Shown: piece after piece, positions 19,286 to 30,323 of the stretch
Layout: the number at the start of each line of letters is the position of its first letter
Numbering within the stretch: position 1 is the stretch's first letter
DNA from: Sulfurospirillum sp.
Lineage (GTDB): Bacteria > Campylobacterota > Campylobacteria > Campylobacterales > Sulfurospirillaceae
Direction: 5' to 3'
Length of the DNA stretch: 64,000 nt
Assembly (NCBI GenBank): GCA_045047115.1
Contig: JASFYR010000014.1
Location: 68,101-132,100, forward strand
Notes under the pieces: generated by a model
The model's input: the letters and a program-made list of their open reading frames with translations, nothing else
What the model was told of the DNA's origin: nothing
Databases searched by the model: none
Program-made: the position numbers and the translations under genes

Positions 19286-19915
19286 TTGAAGCTATGTATA
19301 TTTGATTTTGATTCGACCCTAATGGACGGAGAGACGATAGATTTTTTAGCCAAAGAGTTAAATTTTGAACAAGAGGTTTCTCTTATAACCAAAAGTGCTA
19401 TGCAAGGAGAGATAGATTTTTTTGAAAGTCTTAACAAAAGAGTAAAATTTTTAAAAGGCCTGCCTGAAAAAAGAGTAGATGAGATATGTCACAATTTACC
19501 TTATATGCCAGGAGCGAAAGAGACCATAAAAGAGTTAAAAAAAAGAGGTCACAGGGTGGTTGTTTTTAGTGGTGGCTTTAGAAATGCTACGAGTTTCGCA
19601 AAGGATATACTTGGATATGATGCGGACTTTTCAAATGCTCTGCATGTAAAGGGCGAAGTTTTAACAGGCTTAGTTGGAGGAGACATGATGTTTGGGTTTT
19701 CAAAGGGTGATATGCTCCAAAGACTGCAAGCCCTTTTAAATATAGACAGAGCTTCGACTATGGTTGTGGGAGATGGAGCAAATGATATCTCAATGTTCAG
19801 ATATGCCGGGACGAGAGTGGCATTTTGCGCAAAAGAAGTACTTAAAAAAGAAGCAAATGTAGTGATTGATACAAAAGATTTAACTAAAATATTAGAGGAT
19901 AAATTATGTATATAA
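19286..19915 (+). CDS. serB: Phosphoserine phosphatase (TTG start after GGAGG; ORF track starts at 19274)
   Basis: DFDSTL, SGGF, GDGAND HAD motifs. Confidence 0.95.
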   Translation: MKLCIFDFDSTLMDGETIDFLAKELNFEQEVSLITKSAMQGEIDFFESLNKRVKFLKGLPEKRVDEICHNLPYMPGAKETIKELKKRGHRVVVFSGGFRNATSFAKDILGYDADFSNALHVKGEVLTGLVGGDMMFGFSKGDMLQRLQALLNIDRASTMVVGDGANDISMFRYAGTRVAFCAKEVLKKEANVVIDTKDLTKILEDKLCI

Positions 19916-20892
19916 AGGATTTAAAGTTTTCACTTTGGTGTGATTTTGTTGAGAGAAGTTTTTTGGATGGTGAATTTGCAGAGTTAATAAACAGAGGAAT
20001 TATCAATGGAGCTACAAGTAATCCGGCAATTTTTAAATCTGCCATATTGAATTCACATGCGTACAAAAATGATATAGATGCACTTAAAGGTAACAGCCCA
20101 AAAGAGATATATGAAGAGTTAGCCATAAAAGATATAAAAAAGGCTGCTCAAAAACTCTTGCCACTTTATGAAAATGGAGACGATGGTTTTATAAGTATAG
20201 AGGTGGACCCATTTTTATGTGATGATACACAAGGAACTATAGCTGAGGGCAAGAGACTTTTTGCCAAGATAAACATGCCAAATGTAATGATTAAAGTCCC
20301 TGCTACCGAGGCGGGATATGAGGCTATGGCATCACTTATCGGCGAAGGGGTAAATGTAAATGCAACTCTTATTTTCTCGACAAAGCAGACTAAAAATTGT
20401 TTAGATGCATTTAATAAAGGAAATAAAGAGTTTAAGGGAGCAAGGTTGCCAAAGGCTGTTATCAGTGTATTTGTAAGCAGGTTTGATAGAAAACTTGATG
20501 AAAAGTTAGACAAATTGGGCTTGGCAACATCAAAAGTTGGAATTTACAATGCCATTAAGGTGTATGATTTGGTTGAAGGATATGGATTAGACAATGTTAG
20601 GACTCTGTTTGCAAGTACCGGGGTTAAAAGCGATAATTTACCAGCTGATTACTATATCAGAGGATTACTGCTTAAAAATTCTATAAATACCGCTCCTCTG
20701 GCAACAATAAAAAGTTTTGTAAATTCAGGTATGGTGGACAGGGAGATTAAAATAGATAAAGAGGTAGATCTCTTTTTGGAGACAGTAAATAAAAACGGGA
20801 TTGAAATACAAAGAGTTTGTGATGATTTAATGGCAGAAGGGCTTGATGCATTTAAAGAGGCTTTTAAAGAGATATTGGATACGCTGAGCTAA
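19906..20892 (+). CDS. tal: Transaldolase
   Basis: GATSNPAIF, ISIEVDP, MIKVPAT, VNATLIFS, LFASTG. Confidence 0.96.
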   Translation: MYIKDLKFSLWCDFVERSFLDGEFAELINRGIINGATSNPAIFKSAILNSHAYKNDIDALKGNSPKEIYEELAIKDIKKAAQKLLPLYENGDDGFISIEVDPFLCDDTQGTIAEGKRLFAKINMPNVMIKVPATEAGYEAMASLIGEGVNVNATLIFSTKQTKNCLDAFNKGNKEFKGARLPKAVISVFVSRFDRKLDEKLDKLGLATSKVGIYNAIKVYDLVEGYGLDNVRTLFASTGVKSDNLPADYYIRGLLLKNSINTAPLATIKSFVNSGMVDREIKIDKEVDLFLETVNKNGIEIQRVCDDLMAEGLDAFKEAFKEILDTLS

Positions 20893-20916
20893 GAAAATAA
20901 ACTAAAAGGCAGAAAT

Positions 20917-22104
20917 ATGAGAGATCTTCATGAGATAAATGTCGATGAATTGACATTTGAAATGACCAAAAAACTAAAATATTATCTGAGTAAGTTAGTC
21001 GAAAACAGAGGGAGCGATCTGCATATAAAGAGTGGCTCAAATATAAGAGGCAGGGTTAACGGACAGATTGTCTCCTTGTCAAAAGAGATACTATCTCACA
21101 AAGACAGTATTACACTTGCAAAAGAGTTGCTTCGCACAAGATTTCCGGACTTGGTTGAACATAAAAATCTAGATTTTACATATAAGTTAAATGATGATTT
21201 TAGATTTAGGGTAAATATTTTTTTTCAAGTTGACGGCATTTCTGCTGTATTTAGAGCTATTCCTGCAAGTCTTCCTACTATCGACTCTTTGGGATTGCCA
21301 GATCAAGTCCATACTTTTTGCCAAAAACCAAGAGGCCTGGTTTTGGTTACCGGACCTACTGGAAATGGAAAGACAACAACTTTGGCAGCTATGATAAACA
21401 GCATAAATAAACAATTTGCAAAACACATCATTACCATAGAAGATCCTGTGGAATTTGTCTATAAAGATCAAAAATCTATCATAAACCAAAGAGCGGTTGG
21501 ACAAGATGCTGTAAGTTTTGCGGACTCATTGAGGGCAGCACTGAGGGAAGATCCGGATGTTATTTTAGTTGGCGAGATGAGAGATTTGGAGACGATAGAG
21601 ACTGCGATGCATGCTGCTGAAACAGGACACCTAGTTCTATCTACTCTCCATACAGTAGATGCAAAAGAGACTGTAGGAAGGATACTGGGTATGTTTCCCG
21701 GAAGTGATCAAAACAGGATAAAAATGACTCTCTCCTCTACTCTGCAGGGAATTGTATCTCAAAGATTGGTTAGAACAACAACAGGAAAGAGAACAGCAGC
21801 TGTTGAGATATTGGTCAAAAATGCAAGGATAGAAAATCTAATCTTAGATGGTAGAGATGGAGAAATTACAGATGCAATCAAAGAGGGGAAAGATGTATAT
21901 AAATCTCAAACATTTGATCAATCCCTTTTGGGTCTGTATGCAGCAGGAACGATTTCCAGAGATGAGGCATTGGCAAATGCTACGAGTAGAAATGACCTCT
22001 TGATGGATTTGGATTATTATGATGCAGAGAAAACATTGAAAAGAAAAAAATCCGGAGAGTTTAAAGAAAAAGTTGATAAAGACATACTCGCCTTAAAAAA
22101 ATAG
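20917..22104 (+). CDS. pilT: PilT/PilU-family type IV pilus retraction ATPase
   Basis: GSDLHI, GPTGNGKTTT, TIEDPVE, LREDPDVILVGEMRD, STLHT. Confidence 0.88.
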   Translation: MRDLHEINVDELTFEMTKKLKYYLSKLVENRGSDLHIKSGSNIRGRVNGQIVSLSKEILSHKDSITLAKELLRTRFPDLVEHKNLDFTYKLNDDFRFRVNIFFQVDGISAVFRAIPASLPTIDSLGLPDQVHTFCQKPRGLVLVTGPTGNGKTTTLAAMINSINKQFAKHIITIEDPVEFVYKDQKSIINQRAVGQDAVSFADSLRAALREDPDVILVGEMRDLETIETAMHAAETGHLVLSTLHTVDAKETVGRILGMFPGSDQNRIKMTLSSTLQGIVSQRLVRTTTGKRTAAVEILVKNARIENLILDGRDGEITDAIKEGKDVYKSQTFDQSLLGLYAAGTISRDEALANATSRNDLLMDLDYYDAEKTLKRKKSGEFKEKVDKDILALKK

Positions 22105-22193
22105 CCCCTTATATTAAGTTCGGTAATAATTTATCAAGGTTTTATGTTATTTTTTGTATAATCGTCTCCCTAAAATTTTTTTAAAGGACAGTT

Positions 22194-22730
22194 ATGTTAG
22201 AAGGCATAGTTAGAGAGAGTATCACTAAGAAGACCACCAAGGAACTTCGAAGAAATGGTTATCTAATTGCCAATATTTATGGAAAAGGTATTGAAAATAT
22301 CAATGCTGCATTCAAAGAGAATGAGTTCATAAAAGCGGTTAGAAATAAAACTACACTTGCATTTCCGGTAAAAGTTGGAGATCAAGAGTTAAATGTTATC
22401 ATACAGGAGTATCAAAAAGATCCTGTAAAGAGTAAATTTTTGCATGTTGATTTAAGAGTAGCACTTCCAGGTGTTTTAAGTAAATATTTGATCCCCATTT
22501 TACTTACAGGAACTCCAAAAGGGCTTAAAGACAAGGGTGTTCTTGCGCAATCAAAAAAGAGGCTTACTGTAAAATGTACAGCCGAAAATCTTCCAGATAA
22601 CTTTACGCTGGATGTCAGTGACTTGGGTGTTGGAGATACTATTTTGGTCAGAGATGTTAAAACTGATGACAATATCAAAATTATGGATGAAGACAGAATC
22701 GCAATAGTCGGAGTTATAAAAGCTAAATAG
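22194..22730 (+). CDS. rplY: 50S ribosomal protein L25/Ctc
   Basis: [20 protein letters not shown]...HVD; upstream of pth. Confidence 0.95.
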   Translation: MLEGIVRESITKKTTKELRRNGYLIANIYGKGIENINAAFKENEFIKAVRNKTTLAFPVKVGDQELNVIIQEYQKDPVKSKFLHVDLRVALPGVLSKYLIPILLTGTPKGLKDKGVLAQSKKRLTVKCTAENLPDNFTLDVSDLGVGDTILVRDVKTDDNIKIMDEDRIAIVGVIKAK

Positions 22731-22741
22731 CGATTAATCTG

Positions 22742-23302
22742 ATGAATTTAATCGTAGGACTTGGTAATCCCGAAGAGACATATAAGAATAATAGACATAA
22801 TGTCGGATTTATGGTTATAGATTCTCTTTTGGAGGACCTCTCCTGCACTTGCATAAATAAGAGCAATTTTAGAGGAAATCTATATAAATGCTCAAATACC
22901 CTACTTTTAAAACCGCTTACATTCATGAACCTTTCAGGGGGAAGTGTCAAGGCAGTAAGTGACTATTTTAAACCTGAACATATCATAGTTATACACGATG
23001 ATCTGGATTTGCCTTTTGGAACACTTAAGTTTAAATTTGGTGGAGGAAATGGTGGGCATAACGGATTGAAATCCATAGATGAGTATATAGGCAAAGATTA
23101 TCTAAGGGTGAGAATCGGAATCTCAAAACCAAAGAACAAAGACATGATCATATCCCATGTTTTATCAGACTTTTCTAAAACAGAAAAGGAAAATTTAGAT
23201 AAGATTATAAAAAATGCAAAAGAGGCAAGTTTGGCTCTTTGCCAAGAGAGTTTGGCAAGTGTTTCACAAAGATACAGCCTTAAAGCATCAAAAGAGACTT
23301 AA
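22742..23302 (+). CDS. pth: Peptidyl-tRNA hydrolase
   Basis: VGLGNP, RHNVGF, HDDLD, GGHNGLKS. Confidence 0.97.
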   Translation: MNLIVGLGNPEETYKNNRHNVGFMVIDSLLEDLSCTCINKSNFRGNLYKCSNTLLLKPLTFMNLSGGSVKAVSDYFKPEHIIVIHDDLDLPFGTLKFKFGGGNGGHNGLKSIDEYIGKDYLRVRIGISKPKNKDMIISHVLSDFSKTEKENLDKIIKNAKEASLALCQESLASVSQRYSLKASKET

Positions 23303-24360
23303 TGAGGTTATATCAAAACTATATAATTGCAAAGTATCTAAAGACCTTTTTTATAATCTTCTTTGCGCTTGAAGTGTTTTACGTAGGGATTGACCTATTG
23401 ACAACATATAAAAAATTGCCACAATCAGCAAACTTGCAAATTCTATATACTATGTTTGAAAGCATGTATGCTATAAATTATGTATTGCCACTCTCAGTCG
23501 TATTCGCAATGATTTTAACAGCAACCTCCATGGTAAAAACGAATGAGCTTGTAAGTATGCTTTCGTTTGGGATAAGCAGGCAAAGTATAATCAAGCCTCT
23601 ATTTATCACTTCGTTGTTTATAATAATTTTATATGTACTTTTAAATTTTACTGCCTTTTCATACTCAAGAGAATATAGCAATAATATTCTGAGATTTAGT
23701 CAAATCTCAAGTGATACAAAGGATATGTTTTTAAAAAATGGTGAAGATTATATCTATTTTGGAAAATTAGATCCTATAAAAAAAGAGGCAATAAATATAA
23801 AAATATTTAAAGTCAAAGATAGAGATGTTGTATCGATAATTAATGCTAAAAAGGGTTATTATAATGACAAATATTGGATTCTTTATGGTGTTGAGAAGAT
23901 TTTGAAGCCCAAAGTTACTGTTTTGGACAGCAATGGGTTAAAAATAGAAAAATATGCAAAACTGGAGACACTTAAGAATTTTAGGCCCAAGATTATTGAC
24001 AATGTCTATAAGGGAAAGTTTAATCTCTCAATTCCGGATGCAATTGATGCTCTAAATTTTTTTAACTCACAAAATTTAGACACAAGCAGATTGAGAACTA
24101 TCATATTTACACAAATTTTTCTGCCGTTTTTTGCTCCTTTGTTGGGTTTGATTCTTTTTGTGAAATTACCTATAATCTCAAGGTACAATAGTATTATGCT
24201 GCTCTCATTTTCTTTAACATTTTTATCTGTATTTATTTGGGGATTACTGTTTTTGTTCTCTAAGCTGGCTCTGAACTCTGTTATATATCCTGAGCTTGCC
24301 ATTATGTTTCCAATCTTTGTCTTGGGGCTGTTGGCTCTATACTCCTATATCAAAGAATAG
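23302..24360 (+). CDS. LptF/LptG-family LPS export permease
   Basis: 3+3 TM topology, NELVSMLSFGIS motif; synteny. Confidence 0.85.
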   Translation: MRLYQNYIIAKYLKTFFIIFFALEVFYVGIDLLTTYKKLPQSANLQILYTMFESMYAINYVLPLSVVFAMILTATSMVKTNELVSMLSFGISRQSIIKPLFITSLFIIILYVLLNFTAFSYSREYSNNILRFSQISSDTKDMFLKNGEDYIYFGKLDPIKKEAINIKIFKVKDRDVVSIINAKKGYYNDKYWILYGVEKILKPKVTVLDSNGLKIEKYAKLETLKNFRPKIIDNVYKGKFNLSIPDAIDALNFFNSQNLDTSRLRTIIFTQIFLPFFAPLLGLILFVKLPIISRYNSIMLLSFSLTFLSVFIWGLLFLFSKLALNSVIYPELAIMFPIFVLGLLALYSYIKE

Positions 24361-24438
24361 ATACCTCTGTATATGCCCTTAATTTTATTTTTGACTTTTT
24401 TTAGATAAAATAGAGTCATTTTAAAAAAAGGTAAATAT

Positions 24439-25647
24439 ATGTCTAACTTCCAAGAGTTGTCACAAAAATATGATACACCCTTATATGTATATGATTTTGA
24501 TGAAATAGATAAAAATTATAACTCTCTGAAAGAGGCTTTTAAAGCGAGAAAATCTATACTTTGTTATGCGGTAAAAGCAAATTCAAATCTTAGTGTGCTA
24601 AAACATTTGGCCAAGTTGGGAAGCGGATTTGATTGCGTCTCTATCGGAGAAGTCAAGAGAGCACTTAAAGCAGGTGCCCAAAAGTACAAGATTATTTTTA
24701 GCGGTGTCGGTAAAAAAGACAGTGAAATAAAAGAGGCTTTGCAAAAAGATATCTTGATGTTAAATCTTGAGAGTGAAGAGGAGATGTATAGAGTCGAAAT
24801 GATAGCCAAAGAGTTAAAATCTATGGCAAGAATCAGTATAAGGGTAAATCCAAATATAGATCCCAAAACCCATCCGTATATATCCACAGGACTTCATGAA
24901 AACAAGTTTGGTGTTGATATAGATAGTGCAAAAAAGATGTATCTATATGCAAGTAAATCTAAGTACTTAGATCCTGTTGGCATACATTTTCACATAGGAA
25001 GCCAGATAACGGATGCTTTACCTTTTAAGGAGGCTTCACTTGTTATATCCGATCTGTTAAAGAGTTTAAAAGCTGCAAATATAGATATCAAATTTTTTGA
25101 TGTTGGCGGTGGCATAGGTATCACATATAAAGATGAAAAAACAATCTCTTTATACGAGTATGCACAAAATATTTTTGAAGCACTTGGCAATCAAGATGTT
25201 ACAATTGTTTGTGAGCCTGGTAGATTTTTGGTGGGAAACTGTGGCTATCTTTTGACAAAGGTTTTATATGAAAAAAAGAATGAGAAAAAAAGATTTGTTA
25301 TAGTTGATGCAGCTATGAATGACCTTATACGCCCAAGTCTCTATAGGGCTTATCACGGTTTTGAGCTTTTAGACGGAGATAATGATGCCAAGAAATCGTT
25401 GGCAGACATAGTCGGTCCGATATGTGAAAGCGGTGATTTTTTAGCAAAAGATATCTATATCCAAAAGACAAAACATGATGACATAATTGTCATAAAGAGT
25501 GCAGGAGCTTATGGGTTTACAATGAGCAGTAACTATAATACAAGACCGAGAGCTGCAGAAGTTGCTTTGGTAAAAGGAAAAGACAAATTGATAAGAAGAC
25601 GGGAAACTTTGGAAGATTTGTTAGTACAGGAGATAGATTATCTATGA
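24439..25647 (+). CDS. lysA: Diaminopimelate decarboxylase
   Basis: YAVKANSN, HFHIGSQ, EPGR, GPICESGD, SSNYN. Confidence 0.97.
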   Translation: MSNFQELSQKYDTPLYVYDFDEIDKNYNSLKEAFKARKSILCYAVKANSNLSVLKHLAKLGSGFDCVSIGEVKRALKAGAQKYKIIFSGVGKKDSEIKEALQKDILMLNLESEEEMYRVEMIAKELKSMARISIRVNPNIDPKTHPYISTGLHENKFGVDIDSAKKMYLYASKSKYLDPVGIHFHIGSQITDALPFKEASLVISDLLKSLKAANIDIKFFDVGGGIGITYKDEKTISLYEYAQNIFEALGNQDVTIVCEPGRFLVGNCGYLLTKVLYEKKNEKKRFVIVDAAMNDLIRPSLYRAYHGFELLDGDNDAKKSLADIVGPICESGDFLAKDIYIQKTKHDDIIVIKSAGAYGFTMSSNYNTRPRAAEVALVKGKDKLIRRRETLEDLLVQEIDYL

Positions 25648-26432
25648 GTTTTTTTATAGATGTGCAAGGTACGCTGATAAGTGATAAAGACAAAAAACCG
25701 ATAAGTGGCTCAATTGAATTTATCAATTTTTTAAACAGAAAAAAAATTCCTTATATGGTAATTACAAACAACACCAAAGAGCTGAGCAGGGATTTTCATA
25801 AATTTTTACTTGATCTGGGTTTTGAAATTGCTTTTGAGAAATATTTAGATCCATTTATGGTTTTAGATAAAAATGTAAAAACAAGAGATGTAAAAGCTTT
25901 TGGGGCGAAAGAGTTTACAAAAAGTCTTGAGTCTATGGGGTATGATACAACCACAAAACATCCAAAGGCGATGCTAATAGCCAGTAAAAAAGATTTTAGC
26001 TCAGATGATTATGCCTCCATGATAGAGACTGCTCTAGGTGATGTAGAGATTATAGGTATGCACGCCACTAGCATTTATGCAAAAGATGGCAGAAGATATC
26101 CGGGTGTGGGGGCTATTTTAGAGATGATATCTTACGCAACTTCTAAAAATTATAAGATAATCGGAAAACCAAGCGATGCTTTTTATAATGAGGCAAGAAG
26201 ATTATTAAATATTCAACAGCATACCAGTTTGAACTTTGAAGATATAACCATGATAAGTGATGATGCCATAGGCGATCTTGGCGGCATCAAAAAACTAGGC
26301 GCAAAGACTATTTTGGTTCTCAGTGGAAAATGCAAAAGCAAAGATGAAATTGAACCCGTAAAAGAGTTGATAGATGAAATAATACCCAATATAGGCAGTA
26401 TAGATGTATCCGGGCAGGAGACAATAGTATGA
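25644..26432 (+). CDS. HAD-IIA family hydrolase
   Basis: IDVQGTL, ITNN, IIGKPS, ISDD. Confidence 0.88.
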   Translation: MSFFIDVQGTLISDKDKKPISGSIEFINFLNRKKIPYMVITNNTKELSRDFHKFLLDLGFEIAFEKYLDPFMVLDKNVKTRDVKAFGAKEFTKSLESMGYDTTTKHPKAMLIASKKDFSSDDYASMIETALGDVEIIGMHATSIYAKDGRRYPGVGAILEMISYATSKNYKIIGKPSDAFYNEARRLLNIQQHTSLNFEDITMISDDAIGDLGGIKKLGAKTILVLSGKCKSKDEIEPVKELIDEIIPNIGSIDVSGQETIV

Positions 26433-27493
26433 ACTTAGATAAGTATAGAAAAGAGATAGACGATATAGACGATAAAATTTTAAAGCTCTTAAATAAAAGG
26501 ATGGTGGCTGTTAAAACTATCGGAGATTTAAAAAATACAACGGGAACAGCTATATATAGACCAGAAAGAGAAAGAGAGATTTTAGATAGGCTTAAGTCAC
26601 ACAATGATGGCTATTTAAATGATGCTGCGATTGATGCGATATTTCAAGAGGTATTTGCAGTCAGTAGAAATATAGAGCTCCCAGAAAACATAGCCTATCT
26701 TGGACCCGAGGGTAGTTTTACCCATCAAGTTGCACAGAGTAGATTTGGTGCCATGGGCAGATATATAGGACTAAATTCGATAGAGGCGGTTTTTTCGGTT
26801 CTTGAGAATACAGAAGCAAAATACGGAGTGGTTCCCATAGAAAATAATACGGAAGGTGCCGTTGGAATCACACTTGATTGTTTGGGTAAATACAGTGCAA
26901 AGATAGTTGCAGAGATATATATGGATATTCATCACTCTTTTGCAACAACATGTGAAAGTCTCAAAGATGTCAGTAGGATTTACTCTCATCCTCAAGGTTA
27001 TAACCAATGTAGAAAATTTTTAGATGAGCATTTTCTAAATGCTGTTGAGTTTGTAGCGACAAAATCAACAGCTCAAGCTGCAAAATTGGCAAGGGATGAT
27101 AAAAACAGTGCGGCAATATGTTCACATATAGCTGCAAAATTATATAAAGTTCCGATTCTTTTTTCAAAGATAGAGGATAATTTGGCAAATAAGACAAGAT
27201 TTTTAATTTTGAGTGATTTTAAAAATGCCAAGTCAGACAAAAGTAAAACTTCTATTTTAGCAAAGACTGCCAATAAGCCCGGTGGTTTGGTAGAGTTTTT
27301 GCAGACATTTCAAAGAAACAGAGTAAATCTGACCAAGATAGAGTCTCGCCCAACAAAAGAGAGAGGTTTTAAAACGGTTTTTTATCTCGATTTTGAGGGG
27401 CATATTGACGATAAAAATGTGCAGGATATTATAGAAGAAAATAGAGACAGTCATGAAATAATCTGGCTGGGAAGCTATGTAAATGGAGAGTAA
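26429..27493 (+). CDS. pheA: Chorismate mutase/prephenate dehydratase
   Basis: CM domain, YLGPEGSF, NKTRF, LTKIESRP. Confidence 0.96.
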   Translation: MNLDKYRKEIDDIDDKILKLLNKRMVAVKTIGDLKNTTGTAIYRPEREREILDRLKSHNDGYLNDAAIDAIFQEVFAVSRNIELPENIAYLGPEGSFTHQVAQSRFGAMGRYIGLNSIEAVFSVLENTEAKYGVVPIENNTEGAVGITLDCLGKYSAKIVAEIYMDIHHSFATTCESLKDVSRIYSHPQGYNQCRKFLDEHFLNAVEFVATKSTAQAAKLARDDKNSAAICSHIAAKLYKVPILFSKIEDNLANKTRFLILSDFKNAKSDKSKTSILAKTANKPGGLVEFLQTFQRNRVNLTKIESRPTKERGFKTVFYLDFEGHIDDKNVQDIIEENRDSHEIIWLGSYVNGE

Positions 27494-28610
27494 AATGAGA
27501 TATAACACTGTTTTGGACAATCTAAAGATATATGAAGCAGGGAAGCCTATAGAGTTGGTTGTGCGAGAGTATGGCGTGGATGAAAAAGATATTATTAAAC
27601 TCGCGAGCAATGAAAATCCTCGGGGTTGCAGCAAAATGGTTCAAGATGCAGTATGTAAAGATGTCTCAAAGATGAACCTCTATCCAGACGACAGTATGTA
27701 TGAATTAAAAGACAGGCTCGCTAACAGATTTGGTGTGCAAAGTAAAAATTTGATAATTGGTGCGGGAAGTGACCAAATTATCTCTTTTGGCGTGCAAGCA
27801 AAAGCAAATGCTAACAATAAAGTTTTGATGGCGAAAACTACTTTCGCGATGTATGAGATATATGCAAGACAGACCGGAACCACTATACTTAAAACTTCTT
27901 CTCATCAACACAATCTTGAGGAATTTTTAGATATCTATCAAAACAACAGCGATATTTCTATCATATTTTTATGTTTACCGAACAATCCGCTAGGAGAGTG
28001 TTTAAATAGAGACGATGTATATGATTTTTTAGATAAGATAAATAGCGATACTTTGGTAATTGTTGACGGTGCTTATCAAGAGTATGCAAAATATAAAGAC
28101 AAGAAAAAAGAGATAGACCCGAAAGATATAATTCAAAGATATCCTAATGTTCTATATCTTGGAACTTTTTCAAAGGCTTATGGACTGGGCGGTATGAGAT
28201 GTGGATATGGGATAGCTCAGAGTGATATCATAAATGCATTGTTGAAATTAAGAGCCCCGTTTAATATAACAACTCTGTCTCTCAAGGCCGCTATAGTGGC
28301 ACTTGAAGATGAAAAATTTGTGCAAAATTGTATAAAGGAAAATTTTGAACAGATGAGTGTATATGAAAAATTTGCCGGAGAATTAGGCTTTGATTTTATA
28401 GATAGTTATACTAATTTTATCACTTTAGAGTTTAAAAATGGCAAAAATTCCACAGAAATTTCCGAAAAACTCTTGAAAAAAGGTATAATAATCAGAAATC
28501 TTGGAGCATATGGTATGAATGCGATACGGGTAACCGTTGGAACACCTGAGCAGAATATTAGATTTATGAGAGAATTCAAGGAAATTTACTTAAATGATAT
28601 GGAAGGCTAG
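27483..28610 (+). CDS. hisC: Histidinol-phosphate aminotransferase
   Basis: KLASNENP, PNNPLG, TFSKAYGLGGMRCGY. Confidence 0.94.
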   Translation: MESKMRYNTVLDNLKIYEAGKPIELVVREYGVDEKDIIKLASNENPRGCSKMVQDAVCKDVSKMNLYPDDSMYELKDRLANRFGVQSKNLIIGAGSDQIISFGVQAKANANNKVLMAKTTFAMYEIYARQTGTTILKTSSHQHNLEEFLDIYQNNSDISIIFLCLPNNPLGECLNRDDVYDFLDKINSDTLVIVDGAYQEYAKYKDKKKEIDPKDIIQRYPNVLYLGTFSKAYGLGGMRCGYGIAQSDIINALLKLRAPFNITTLSLKAAIVALEDEKFVQNCIKENFEQMSVYEKFAGELGFDFIDSYTNFITLEFKNGKNSTEISEKLLKKGIIIRNLGAYGMNAIRVTVGTPEQNIRFMREFKEIYLNDMEG

Positions 28611-30323
28611 ATGAATCTAAAACTGTTTTTAAATCAGATAACAGCACTATTGCAGAGCCTGTCAAAAAAGCAAAAAATTGTCTCGCTTGTATCGGTATTT
28701 GTGGTAATAGGTTTTTTATCGTTTTTAGTTTTTTTTAGAAATCCAAGTACTTCTATAGGATCTGGATACAGTGTGCTTTTTGACAACACAACACCGAGTG
28801 ATTCTGCATTGATTATACAGCAGTTGGAGAAAGACGGTGTAGCTTACAAGGTGATAAACGAAGGAACAATAGCCGTACCGAGCAATGTTGTGTATAAAGA
28901 GAGAATTGCCATATCTGCTTTAGGAATTCCTAAAAATTCAAAAGTTGGATTTGAGATTTTTAATAAGTCAGATTTTGGCTCGACAGATTTTGAACAGCAA
29001 GTAAAATACCTCAGAGCCCTTGAAGGTGAGTTGGCAAGGACCATTGAGGATTTAAATCCGATTCAAAATGCAAGTGTTCATATAGCTATACCCAAAGAGA
29101 GCGTTTTTGCAGCAAAAAAACAGGATGCTACAGCATCTATAGTTGTTGATATTAAAAACGGACGAAAACTTTCCAGCAAGCAGATAACAGGCATAAAAAA
29201 CCTAGTCTCCTCATCTGTTGTAAATCTTAAGCCAAATAATGTAAAAATTGTAGATCAAAATGGAGTGCCTTTAGGAGAAGATGAAGGAGTATTTTCATCA
29301 GATCTTATAAAAAGTCAAATGGAGTACAGACGCAAATACGAATCAAACCTGGAAGATAAAATTATCAATGTATTAACCCCTGTGGTCGGCGGAAGTGATA
29401 AGGTAGTAGCAAAAGTTACTATTGATTTTGATTTTAAACAGGAAAATTCTGTCAGTGAAGTTTATGACCCAAACTCTGTTCCCAGAAGTGAACAGAGTGT
29501 CGAAGAGAAAAAAACAGGCTCAACTCCTGCAAAAGTCGGAGGAGTCCCGGGAGCAATCAGCAACATAGGACCAACTCAAGGCTTGAATAGTCAAAAGAGT
29601 AGTCAGAAATATCAAAAAAGTTCTACAACAACAAATTATGAGATATCAAAAAAAACTACACATATCAAAAATGAATTTGCAACGATTAAAAAGATAAGTA
29701 CTGCAGTTGTTGTCGATGGTGACTATAAATATAAAAAAGTGAAAGGCAAGAAAGAATTAAAATATACGCCGCTGACAAAAGAACAGTTGGCTCAAATCGA
29801 TAAAATAGTCAAGCAAACAGTAGGATATACTAAAGCTAGAGGAGATGAGGTTACGGTAAGTAATCTGGAATTTAAACCGTTGGCAAAAGACGGACGCCAG
29901 CCTGTCACCAAGACTTTAATAGACGAGATAAGTTTTTATTTGTCTCCGATTATTCCTGCATTGAAATATATTTTTGTTGCTATTTTACTGTTTGTATTTT
30001 ATAAAAAAATAATCTCACCTTTTTCAGCAAGAATGCTTGAGCAACAAACAGAAGAGATTGAGGAGATTGATCGCACCCAAATAGCCGATGAAGAGGAAAA
30101 TGCAGAAGATACTCTTGAAAAATTTAAAAAAGCAAGACAGAGAGTAGAGGAGCAATTAGGTATAGGAAAAGACTTTAATGAAGAAGCGCTAAAATATGAT
30201 GTATTGCTTGAAAAATTGAAAAATTTGGCCGATCAAAAGAGTGAAGAGGTGGCTGGATTATTGCAAGGTTTGATTAAAAATGCAAACGATTTTGATTTGT
30301 CAAAAAGCGGGAAAGAAGTATAG
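28611..30323 (+). CDS. fliF: Flagellar M-ring protein
   Basis: GFEIF, RALEGELARTI, GGVPGAISN, two TM segments. Confidence 0.97.
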   Translation: MNLKLFLNQITALLQSLSKKQKIVSLVSVFVVIGFLSFLVFFRNPSTSIGSGYSVLFDNTTPSDSALIIQQLEKDGVAYKVINEGTIAVPSNVVYKERIAISALGIPKNSKVGFEIFNKSDFGSTDFEQQVKYLRALEGELARTIEDLNPIQNASVHIAIPKESVFAAKKQDATASIVVDIKNGRKLSSKQITGIKNLVSSSVVNLKPNNVKIVDQNGVPLGEDEGVFSSDLIKSQMEYRRKYESNLEDKIINVLTPVVGGSDKVVAKVTIDFDFKQENSVSEVYDPNSVPRSEQSVEEKKTGSTPAKVGGVPGAISNIGPTQGLNSQKSSQKYQKSSTTTNYEISKKTTHIKNEFATIKKISTAVVVDGDYKYKKVKGKKELKYTPLTKEQLAQIDKIVKQTVGYTKARGDEVTVSNLEFKPLAKDGRQPVTKTLIDEISFYLSPIIPALKYIFVAILLFVFYKKIISPFSARMLEQQTEEIEEIDRTQIADEEENAEDTLEKFKKARQRVEEQLGIGKDFNEEALKYDVLLEKLKNLADQKSEEVAGLLQGLIKNANDFDLSKSGKEV

